From the NCBI RefSeq assembly GCF_009914755.1, contig NC_060929.1: a DNA stretch of 64,000 nt; one strand, written 5' to 3'. The position numbers were made by a program, and so were the translations under genes. Under the pieces are notes generated by a model, which was not told the DNA's origin, searched no databases, and worked only from the letters and a program-made list of their open reading frames with translations. Below, piece by piece: positions 33,419 to 44,520 of this stretch. The stretch's first letter is position 1. Each line of letters opens with the position of its first letter. The DNA comes from the human T2T-CHM13v2.0 reference genome, Homo sapiens.

Positions 33419-33845
33419 TGTATCCATTAGTTTGTGTTCAACATAGGACAGAGAAATCCCTCGCTGAGTGGAGGGAATTCACTGCTTACAGAATCTGTTG
33501 GAAAGGCTGGGGGAGTAAAGTCAGGGAGCAGCCCTTAAACTGTTGACTTTCAGAGAACATAGACTAGATCCAGAGGTTAGGAAACCACTGCCACCACTGC
33601 TGCTGCCACAGATGCCTCTCAGACTCTGGAAGCTGGTTCCCAGAAACTAGAATCCTAAAGCTGGGTGCTGACATTGCCCCAAAGCACTCACATCGCCATG
33701 ACTGACTTTCAGCCATAGGAAGATGGCCCCTACTTCCGCCTTCTGTGTCTTTCCAAGTGCATCTATTAGTGGAACTGAATTTACATCCAGAACCATAGCT
33801 GCAAGGGAGTCTGGGAAATGTAGTTTTAGTTTTACCCCTCTCCAC
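33419..33845. mobile_element. Old MLT1 (J/K/L-like) LTR
   Basis: ccagaaccatagctgcaagggagtctgggaaatgtagttttag motif. Confidence 0.55.
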
Positions 33846-34781
33846 CTAGAAGGAGGATGGAATACAGATTGAATGACTAACCTATAATACCTGCCAAAGT
33901 AGATTTGGTTGAAATCCTTGAACAACAAACACTACTTAGTTAAATTGTTATAAAAGAAAAATAAATTAGAATCTCATGGAGCCATTTCTGTTTTATTTCG
34001 TGGACCATTTGAAATAGTAAGGATTTCTTGATGTCTGTTGTAATGGAACTTGACTAATAACAAGCCAAGGGATCTCACTGAGATGAACGGTTCTGTATTT
34101 GATTGTGTCACTGTGTTAGTTCAGAAAAGGCTTCAAAGGCTCATTGCAGTAGGTTAATTCCAATGAGGAGAAAGCAAATGATGTTTTGACTTTGGTAATT
34201 ACCCTTCCTGGCCCTTTTAGGAATTTAGATCCCTAAGTTATGCATCATCCTTATTTTAGTATCTCTGTGTAGGCTTCACTCTTTTCAGAAGATTCTTTTG
34301 CATTTCTGTCTTGGGTATCTTGGGAGTGGTTATAGTGGAGTTCTCTCAAAATTTTTGCTCTAGATTTTTTTCAACCTCTCTCCTTCTGTCAAAACTCATT
34401 TTACTGACAGAGAAACTTTCTCCTGAGTTATCTAGAATCACATATGAAGAGAAAAAAGGATCATAACTTTAATTTTCTGATTATTGATTGAAATACTGCA
34501 TTCTAATAGCAGAAAGCTCACTTAAAAATTGATGAAGAAGGTTATGTGACAATGATTTGGTGCTTTCTGTCCTCTAATATTTGAATGTTATATCAGGGTT
34601 TGCTGAGGCTGTCATAATTGCTTGATTGAGGATAATATAATCCATGTTATTATTGGGTATAGTTTGGAGGCCCTATGGGACATATATATTATGTATATAT
34701 TAAGGCTTTAAGGCCTCTGGATTTTAAACAAAATAAACACATTATAGCAACTAAATTATATTATTTTTCCTTTTTTTATAG

Positions 34782-34861
34782 TGAAACAATCATGTTTCTT
34801 CATGAAATATTTCATCAAGGACTAAAGGCAAGGATAGCAAACTGGCCCACTTTAATTTTAG
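34782..34861 (+). CDS. RASGRF2: RASGRF2 coding exon (probably exon 6), DH domain
   Basis: ttttatag|TGAAAC...TTTTAG|gtaagt; 80 nt; (S)[26 protein letters not shown]. Confidence 0.95.
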
Positions 34862-35256
34862 GTAAGTGCATTCTTTAAAGGTGTAAGATTTTCTTTTAGA
34901 GTGGCTGCAATTAGAGTAAAATAGCTCCAACATTATTCAGCCTAAACTGTTTGCATCACCCTGTTGACCTGTGAGCTTCTGTACCCCGGGACCCTGTCTC
35001 CTTGCCTTTTGGGTACTTTGGGCCCTGCCTCAGTGTTACCTTTTGATTCTTTCCCCTGGCCTGTCATAGTTAATTTGGGGCTGGAGTCAAGTGCTGCCCA
35101 TGAGTGCATTCTACCAGATCATCATTCAGGCATCAGGGTTGCGGCTCCATGCATGTGTGACACCTGGTGCTGGGACCCACTCTTTGCCATTCCTGCCCAG
35201 TGTAGGTAATTTACCAAGCAACAAGGGAAACAGCCGTGTTTACTGTTTCTTTGCAG

Positions 35257-35450
35257 CTGATCTGTTTGATATTTTGCTCCCCATGCTGAACATTTATCAA
35301 GAATTTGTGCGTAATCACCAGTACAGCCTGCAAGTTCTCGCCAATTGTAAGCAAAACAGAGATTTTGACAAACTCTTAAAACAGTATGAAGCCAATCCAG
35401 CCTGTGAGGGGAGGATGCTGGAGACATTCTTGACCTATCCCATGTTTCAG
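35257..35450 (+). CDS. RASGRF2: RASGRF2 coding exon (probably exon 7), DH domain
   Basis: ctttgcag|CTGATC...TTTCAG|gtaagt; 194 nt; (A)[27 protein letters not shown]...[11 protein letters not shown]. Confidence 0.96.
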
Positions 35451-38400
35451 GTAAGTCACTTGGGATGCATTTTGTAAGTCAGAGTTTCCAGCTCAATGTC
35501 ACTGATACCTAGCGTGACCAGCGTGAGATGCTTAAGTGTGCCCTGGGAGGAATTATGGCACAGATGTACCATCTGTTGCTGTCTTGAGCTTGACCCTGAG
35601 ATAAACAAATATTGTGCCACACATTCTCTGTGTCTCATGGATATAAGAAAACCAGGCATTTTTGAAGCAAAGAATTCAAGAATGATTTTTTGAAACGCTG
35701 CACAATTTTCTCTTTACAGAAAGATTCCACACAGACCTCTTTCATGGAGTCTCCTCCTCCAGCATGTTTAAAAATATTATTTGGTTTACAGAAATAGGAT
35801 TCTGTGCAAATGTTCCAGTTTATGCTAGTTGCATAAAAGATTCTTGGGGACGGAGTGACTGCTGGGAAGGTTTCTGTTTTCCAGCCCATCCTCCCTTCCT
35901 GTCGCGGTTGCTGTTGAGTCTCCCCTTGGCTGGAGCCCTGGAGAACAAAAGGAGGACCTCCCTGGTCACAGAGGCTGTGGAGACTAGGAAACAGAAGGCA
36001 CGGGTGGGACCTGAGGACTCTTGGCAACTAGTCAGGTGGCCGCAGGGGCTCCCTTTCTGGGACTAGAGCAACCCAAGGGGTCAAGAACACTTGCATTCTT
36101 TCCTGGATCTAGGACTTTACCGTTAAGCACCCAGAAGTGAGAACCAGGGAGGCCAAAATGTGCATTGAATCTCCTGTTGTTTTGAAAAGTGTCGATTCTG
36201 TTCTTTTGGAAGAGCATTGAGTGTTCCCATTGTGGAATTTAGGTGGCTTCTGGCCAGGCCTCCAAATTGTCATGTGGTAAACCGATTCTACTAATCATGT
36301 GTGTTATGGTTACTGTGGAGCGCTTTGTCCTCCTGCGCAGGCATCTCTGACCCTGGCTAATCATTTTGCAGCCTCAGAAAGAAATGTGGCTGTGGTGCAC
36401 AATTGTTTGCCTTGAAGTTTGTCAGTCCTGCTCGAAATCCTGGAAGTTGCCGTAGAAGTTTAGTCAGATTTTTAACCGAAAGGATGCATTTAAAACCACT
36501 TAAGTATAGTGAAACTTTATAGTGTTTTTGTTTTTGTTTTCCTTTGGAACTGAATTGTTTGAACTCTTTGCCTCTCTTAGGAAATATTTCACAAGAAAGA
36601 TTTCAGACTTTTAAAACAACTATCTACATAATTGGAATTTAAGATTTTATTTATAATGAAATATATAGTATAGCATTCTTCTGAGATTCTATGTGAATTT
36701 TTGACAATTATCTTTAGGTTATGATTCAGTACCCCAAGTTGTATCTGTTCAGTAACCCCAAGTCAGTTGAATATACAAAGGTAGAGTTGTGAAAGACACA
36801 TGGGGCATTCAGAGAGGAACCAGCTTCCTACCTGACAGCCCCCTGATGTCTTTCTTCGTGCTATTTAATTCCCTCTTGGTGTGATTTTTTCAGTATTTTG
36901 AAATGGCAGAGCTGTACTTTCGCTGTAGATGAGGTGTCCAAATACAGCGAATGTAGGTCCTTGGAAAGGTCTTTGGATTTCTTTAAAATGCTGGGATACT
37001 CTCCCACCACCCTGCCCTTCCTCTCCCGAAGACTATGCCTGATAGCAATGACTGAGCATTTTGATTGACCCCCGGGAATTTTTATAATGTCTTGAAAAGA
37101 ACATTGGACTGGGAATCTTTAGGAGACCTGATGTCTCACTCATAGCATCGGGGAAAATAATTGAACCAAACTAAATAGCTATTTCATAATTTGTAAATTG
37201 AGGCAGCTGAGCTGAGCTCTAGTTATCTCCAGACTCTCTAGCTCTCTGATGTGGTGATCCTAGAGTGACTACACTAGTTCTGATGTTTTGGATTGGGTAA
37301 CTATGTGGTGTTTCAAGGAGCTTGGTGTTAGTCTAGGAGCCCCCTCCCCAAGGATGTGGTGACCTCAAACCTTAGAATGTTGGGTCAGATATTGAGGCTT
37401 TCTGGCTTTTGCCAGACAAGTCTAACCAGAGGCTTCAGCTTGTGGGAGGCTTTGATCTGGAAGAAGCCTCAAAGAGTTGAGCCAGAATTGTCCAACTGCA
37501 AGAAATGAGCAAACTGAAAGAGCACAGAATTGTCTTTGCTTGCTTCCCCATAACTATTTTGAATAGACCAGGAGAAGTCATTGGAGTTCTGTGCCCAAGG
37601 GCCTTATGCTCGTTGGTGTCTCCCTTCTGTCTTCTTCACTTGATGCCTCACTCTTCATCCTTCTCTCTAGAAATAACCCTAGAAAACACTTGGGGGAAAT
37701 TGCCTTTTCTAGAAGCTGAAGCTGAGAGGTTTTTCCTTACTAAGCTCACTCTCTCCTTCTTGTTCCCTTGCAGTTCTTTCACTAATGAAGTGAAATAGTC
37801 ATGGAGGTATTTGAATCCCTTGGAGGGTCCGGTTGTATCTGCTTCTCTCTGTATTAGCAGTGGTACTTCTGCATGTTTGCCTTGCTCCCTTGTAAGGGTG
37901 GACGCCTCAGGATGAGGCTAGGGTTCTCACTTTTTTTTTTTTTTTTTTGCTGGAGGCCAACAGTGGAAGAGGTGACCCTAGTTTATACTGCCAAGAGACC
38001 TCTGTCCAGACTTTCTTGAGCCCAGATATGGAGGCAGAAGTTAGTGTAGGGGAAGAGAGAGGAGGAGAGGCAATTGGAAGCCTTTAGCTTGTATGTGTAG
38101 AAGAGAGAAGGTGATTGTCTTCCTCCTTCTCGGCCCTTTTTTGAGTTAGTCAGTTGCTGCTGTTATCAAGCTATGTTGAACTATGGAAACATGGAGAAAT
38201 TGTAGAATTTGGATGATGCAGTAAAATTATCCCCAGTTGAACTATCAGAACAGTAAGTCCAAGTATTGCCAAGAAATTTGTTATGGAAAATAATGTTGTC
38301 ATTAACATAATTTTTATTTATTAAAGACAGTGGCTTGGCTGGTACTGTTTAAATTGGCTTCAGCTGCTCATGTATTTATTTGGATATGTATGTGTCGAAA

Positions 38401-39529
38401 GTCCATTGGTAAGCCAATCGTGAAATCTGCTCCTGACAAGAACAGCAGTGTTAGATGTTCTCCAGAAAGTAGCTACTTGCTATTCTATCCACTTATTTAC
38501 TGTAATTGGAGAGCAAGCTAATTAATGTCTATAAAGTGACAAGTATTTGCTCCATAATTGAAAGCAGAATTATGATTCATTTAGACAGTTCCTATGATTC
38601 TTGGTTTTGGGGGAAGAGATTTATAATCAGCTCTTGAAGATACAGATGAGCCCTTTGGAGAGCTGACCACTTCTCTGCAGAACTTCGTTTGCCTGCTTTT
38701 TGGCAGTTTCAGTGCCTGTTTGTTCCTTCACCATAAGGCAGAAAGGGCCAGAGACTGAATTCAAATCCATCTACCTGAATCTTAGCCAGCGAGCACTTTA
38801 AAAGAAATTTAAGTAATGAGGAAGGATCATGAGAGTATTGACCAAACTCAGTTTTGTGGATTTTCAGTGCATTATAAGTACTCAAGCTTTCCTACACCTG
38901 TCCTGTTTGCTATGAAAAATTTTGTACATTAGCTATTGATTGCCTTGATTTTCTTGTGGAATTACTAATTAGAGGCAAACTTTTATCAGTCATGCAATTA
39001 TGCCAGCGAAAAAGATATTTGAAAGCACACTTATCCCAGGAGACTTCATCAAGTGGGACAACCCTAAGGGCTGTATTAGTGAGAAGTTCATGGGAGAAGG
39101 AGCAGAAAATCTCCTCCATATATCCTAAAAAGGGAGGATTCTCCTGTTTCCCACCCTTCCACGATGAAGGGGGCCTATTTGTGCTTCCTGAAGCCTTGAT
39201 TTGATGACATTCCTTAGGGTGTGATCCCAGAGCTGAAGTTCAATGTCTGTGCTAATGGTGGCTGTGTCTATGCATAGTGTGTAAATGGACACACTCAATA
39301 AACATTGGTAAGCAGCCCAATGAAGGCCACCACTTGCACAAGAGCCAATGCAGATCCCTAGGTAGGGCCACTGACCCTTCAGGACAGAATGGAAGAAACT
39401 GCACACAGGGTCCTGGAAAGCTGTTGTAGTTTCTTCATTCTCAAAGGTACTTTCAAGTGCTGAGTGAGACCTCAGTCCCCGCAGACGAGAGCTCCCAGGG
39501 TGAGTTCTGAGAAAAGACAGTTAGTGCAC

Positions 39530-39800
39530 TGGTCAGAGCTGGGATTATAGTTGACGCTCCCATTTACTGTGAGGCCACCAATGGGGCAAGTTTGGGCAAG
39601 TTACCAAACTTCTTCCCACTTTAGTTCTCTATCTGTAAAAGCCTAAAACTTCTTCCCATTTTAGTTCTCTATCTATAAAATGGAGACATAATCCTTATGA
39701 TGTTAGAGGACTGGACACATTGGCAAAGCCTGGAGCACCCAGTCTAACCCCCGAGTGGGTAATGTTGTGGTAGATGTTCATGCATGTTATTGTTAAAATT
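39530..39800. mobile_element. MIR with internal 35-bp duplication
   Basis: tttgggcaagttaccaaactt...ctataaaatggaga. Confidence 0.55.
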
Positions 39801-40463
39801 AAGCCCACAATAAATAAGTTGTGTCACTAGAAATTAGGTTGAATCTCTATCATGGTTTATTAAGATCTTCCTCTGGTTGGTGGAGTTTCTGTCTTTGACA
39901 GAATTCAGATAGTCTGTTAATAAACAAAAGTACAAATAAATAACCTAAACAATACTTTTTACTGCAAGGAGGTGAATTGAGATAAAGTAGAAACAGAAAG
40001 TAATAAAGGTGAACATGTCTTCTCCCAAGTTTTAATTCTTAGGGAGAATAGTGCAGTGGGATTGTTGATTTAAAAACATTGCAAATGGACTAATATATCT
40101 AAAATACAGACTCAAGTGACTTGATGATAGCTGTATCTGTTTCCCTCTGAACCAGTTTTCAAAAATTATGATTCAAAAGTGTATGATTATGTAAAAAAAA
40201 ATTAAAGAAACAACCATCTCTTTGTACCATAACACTTCAATAATTTCCACCTTTTCATGTGTTCTTGGTGAAGTCTTTTTTTTGGTGTGCATGAAGTGTG
40301 AAGTGTAGTTCATTTTATTTGTATTTCTTTTTTTAAAAATGTGTAAAACAGTAAAAAGTGGGAGAGTAGAGACAAGCTTCTCGAAGCAATGATGGCCCTG
40401 CGGAGCATGTGCCCTGTCACCCATCCTGATGTCTTGCTCATACTGGCCTCTGTTTGCATCTAG

Positions 40464-40573
40464 ATCCCCAGATATATCATCACACTCCATGAGCTCCTTG
40501 CTCACACACCCCATGAGCATGTGGAAAGGAAAAGCCTGGAGTTTGCCAAATCAAAGCTAGAGGAACTATCCAG
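40464..40573 (+). CDS. RASGRF2: RASGRF2 coding exon (probably exon 8), DH domain C-terminal helix
   Basis: gcatctag|ATCCCC...TCCAG|gtatgc; 110 nt; [36 protein letters not shown](R). Confidence 0.95.
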
Positions 40574-40878
40574 GTATGCCAAGAACTTATAACAAAGGCT
40601 TGGGAGAGGAAAGCAGCAAGTTAGTCTCTTGTGGAAACCTCCTGTATATGTTCTAAGGAACAAGAAGCAAAACAAATCCAGCTTCTCAGATTCACCTGAA
40701 AGTTAAATAGTAGCTTGTGAGGTGATATTGAATCATCATTCACATTCATTTGAACCAAGAAAAATACGTATCTTGGAAAATGTTCTTATAGCATGTGAAT
40801 TTATGTAATTCAGATTAGGTGTATTTTGGTTTAAGTTTGGAAATGTTCATGTTTCTTTCAGCATTAAAAAAAAAATGA

Positions 40879-41017
40879 TAGCCAGGTGTGGTGGTGTGCA
40901 CCTGTAGTCCCAGCTACTTGGGAAGCTGAGACGAGGGTGCAAGGGGTGATGATTATTTGACCCCAGGAATTTGAGACCAGCCTGGGCAACATAGCGAGAC
41001 CCCATCTCAACAAAAAA
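40879..41017 (+). mobile_element. FLAM / Alu monomer
   Basis: gccaggtgtggtgg...gagaccagcctgggcaacatagcgagacccc followed by an A tail. Confidence 0.8.
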
Positions 41018-41496
41018 GACTCTCAGTTGCATTTTGTATTCATATTTGGTAAGAAGCTAGAGAATGTACAGTTTGCATTTCTCAGTGACTTTTCATTGTT
41101 ACAAGCACTTATTTATGTCTGTGTTACTTTAGCTTATATGGGATAAATGGTCTAAAGGTCTCTTATTTAGTCTGCCTCCAAGAAATGGCCCCCTAATCTC
41201 AATGACGGGAACTGGCCACAAAATGACATGTTGCTTTCCTGTTGCACTTAGAAGCAGACATGCCCAGGATGCTCGTAATTGCTGACCCATTTACTGTTTA
41301 GAATTATGAGGCACATTGGCTTTGTTTTTGGTCATGACCTGTTGAAGCCTGGAAAGATCCAGCCTATTTCCCCCAAACCCCCGGTTCAATCGATACAAGC
41401 TTGCAACCGAGCTTCTCAGATGGAGCTCTTCTTTGCCTACATGCTAGGGCAAGAGAAAATCTCTCTTACTGTGATCCTGTCTGTGTTGTGTCACAG

Positions 41497-41615
41497 AGTA
41501 ATGCACGATGAAGTCAGCGACACTGAAAACATAAGGAAAAACCTTGCCATCGAAAGAATGATCGTGGAGGGCTGTGACATCTTGCTGGACACCAGCCAAA
41601 CGTTCATCCGCCAAG
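41497..41615 (+). CDS. RASGRF2: RASGRF2 coding exon (probably exon 9), DH-PH linker
   Basis: gtcacag|AGTAATG...CCAAG|gtaagt; 119 nt; [39 protein letters not shown](G). Confidence 0.95.
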
Positions 41616-42320
41616 GTAAGTCCCTGTGAAATGGACCCGCGACCTGATGCGCTGTGCGGCTGTCACATGATCTCGGCACACCCCGGAAGGCGTTCTGAAC
41701 AGGCGTGACGGGTGCGGTGCCCGAAGGACCCCCCCACGGCCTTCGCCGAGGCGGTGGTTGAGGCCCACCTTTGTGCTGTTTCTTTTCAGGGACCATGAAA
41801 AACAGCAACACAATCATAGTAAAGCACGAGTGGGGCAGGCAGTTACATTCTGACTGGACGCTCCTCCTCAGCGGCCCGGACATTCTCTGCAGCTCCAAGG
41901 AGGACCGGTCGGCCTGGCCCACGGCCGTGGCAGTGCCAAGTGCTGACGATACCCAGGCCAAGGCCCAGGAGAAACTTGCGTTGCTCAAAGCCCTTTCACA
42001 TAAGACTGGGGACCATGTCCGAAGTGAAAACAGCTGTCTGTTGTTCCCATTTTTCATCAGCACTTCCGGATCCGCCCCACACGATATAATTTGATTCAAC
42101 TGGTAACTCCCGTTGCCAGATGAAATGTCTCTGATGGACACTTGCCACGCTTTGGTAATGCAGAAGCTGTCGTGTTTGCGAAGTGTGCTTTGGGGGCATC
42201 ACTCGATAAATTAAGCTTTTGAAGAGTTGAAGATATTTGTGCCGGAAACTGTGGAGAAGCAACAGCCTGACAGTGCCTATTTCTCCTCGGCTGTTATTTC
42301 AAAATGCAAGACGTAAACCA
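41500..42320. promoter_or_regulatory. Intragenic CpG-rich patch (CpG-island-like)
   Basis: about 30 CpG counted by hand in 41631-42120, in an otherwise CpG-depleted window; not Alu-derived. Confidence 0.7.
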
Positions 42321-44309
42321 CATCCCAAGTTATTTTTTTAGTGCTTAGGTCCTCTGGGGGAGGGGAGAATGCCCCAGGCAATTGATTTGAGACAATATAT
42401 TGCACACATTTATAATTTTGAATTTGGTGAGGAGTGGAATATAAATTTGGAACTCAAATTAATCGTTAATGTAGTTTCTGTTTATAATGTGCCAATACAT
42501 TTGAAGATATTTGTGTTGCCATTGCCTACCATAATGTACTGCTTAAAATCTCTTTTTACCTCATCAAGAACAAGACAATGTTTTGTGCACATTAATTTTT
42601 GCACAGACTACTTTAAAAGTTTAATGCATGCCATTCTATTTTCCATTATTTATTTACAAGGAGAAACCACACATATGTTAAAGTTTGGGAGTGTATTTTA
42701 GGAAATGATTCCTTTTCTCATTTTTGGCTTTAGATATTCTTTTTTCTTTAAATAAGGGTGGAATATAATGCTGACAACATCAGGCCCTTGTAATGCCTCC
42801 TCTATTCCTCTGCACAGACTGTGTCCCCACATTGGCTTCCTGCCTGCCAGCCTCTGTGCCTTTCCTTGTGCTGTCCCCAGCCTGGGGGCTGGGAATGTCC
42901 TTATCCATTTCTTTTGTGCCTGTTGAAGTTCTGCTTGTCCCACCAGGCTCAGATCAGATACCTCGAAGGAGCCTTTTATAATTTCCTCTTCTTCCTCCTC
43001 CCCTCTCCTCCAGTTAGAATGGATTTACCTTCCACTTGTTTCCAAGGCACTTTACTCCTGGTGTGTGTATTTCATCCTCTTGCTTGTATACCTCTCTCTC
43101 CTGGTTACTGTAAACTCTGAAGGGCAGCACTTAAGGAATTCTCTCTGCCTTACCTTGTCTAGTATGATGCTTTCTGTTACAGATACCTGGAAAATGGGCG
43201 TTGAATTAAATTATTTACTGAATTGCAATTATGACTGTAAAGTGTTTTATGTTGTATTTTTCTTGTATTGGAGTTTCCTGAAAATGTCTACTAATTGACT
43301 TGTGCTTGATAGTATGTGAGAATGGAGACGAAAGTTTCTATAATGTACAATTTCTTAAAGGATTTTTGATTGGGAAGTATTATAACCCACAAACATACTA
43401 TATTGCTAAAAAACGTAAACTTTTTTAGGTCTGAGCTTGAAAAAACATTCAATAATGAAAAATGCTGGAAGGTCAAATACTGAATGTCATTTTTTTTCAC
43501 TGCAATTGGAGAGAAAACAATCATGAACAATTTCTCCCTTTATTCATGCCCATATGTTATTAATTCCTTGTTATGTACCACATGTTTAAGGCACTTCTGT
43601 CAGCTATGAATATTTCTGATATTATTATCATGTTGATGTCAATATAATGATTTGCCTTTTAGCAGTATTTTTCTGCATGTGTGGTTTGGTTAGTTGTTTA
43701 AGAGTTATACAGTAAAGTTGGTTTCTAAAATTCAGACCTCAATCTGAAATTAGGAAGTAATACAATCACAGACAATTTGGAAAGTTTGCATTGTTTTGCT
43801 TTGGTTACTCCTATTATCACTTTTACATAGCACCCTTAACGACTTTAAGACCCATTGAGGTGTTTTCAAAAATTATTATTTTAAAAAAATTTAGAGGGAT
43901 TCTTATTTTCTATGAAATGGTCTACAATTTATCTCTAAAGGTGTACTAATATTTGTGTTAATTACTTTTAGGGATGATATGTGGTCTATTTCTATGTGCG
44001 TGTGTGTGTGTGTGCATGCGTGCATGTGTGCATGTAGTTTCCACCTTATGTGAATTTTTATTCATAAGAACTAGAAAAATACGTCATCCAGATCATCTGA
44101 AAGATCACCTCAGAATAAAGGCATCAGCAACTCTTGAATGTTTTTTGATGAGGATTTAGTGATTGAAATAATGAAAGTTTTATTGTAAATGGTTTCCCAT
44201 TATTAGTCTGTTGGATAGGATACAGAAGACTATATTATAGAAATGGTCTGATATTATCATTGTTTTCTAAAATCTATTAATAGTTTGTTGAATAAATGTG
44301 TGAGTGTCT

Positions 44310-44520
44310 GAGGCAATGATAGGAAAACAGTCTAGCTGCATCACTGGAGGTCAAATCCTGTCTCCCCTACTTCCTTGCTGTGTGATATTGGGCAATTTAC
44401 TTAACTTCTCTATGCCTCAGTTTCTTCTCCTTAAATTGGAGTTAATAGTAGTAGCTATCTTTTAGGATTGTTGTAAAAATGAGCTAATGCTCACAAAAGC
44501 ACCTAGACTAGTACCTGCAA
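44310..44520. mobile_element. MIR
   Basis: gctgtgtgatattgggcaatttacttaacttctctatgcctcagtttc core. Confidence 0.7.

Noticed and set aside
41491-42141. 216-aa antisense ORF overlapping exon 9
   Set aside because: Non-ATG start, no recognisable domain, and long frames are expected in GC-rich DNA; not supportable as a CDS
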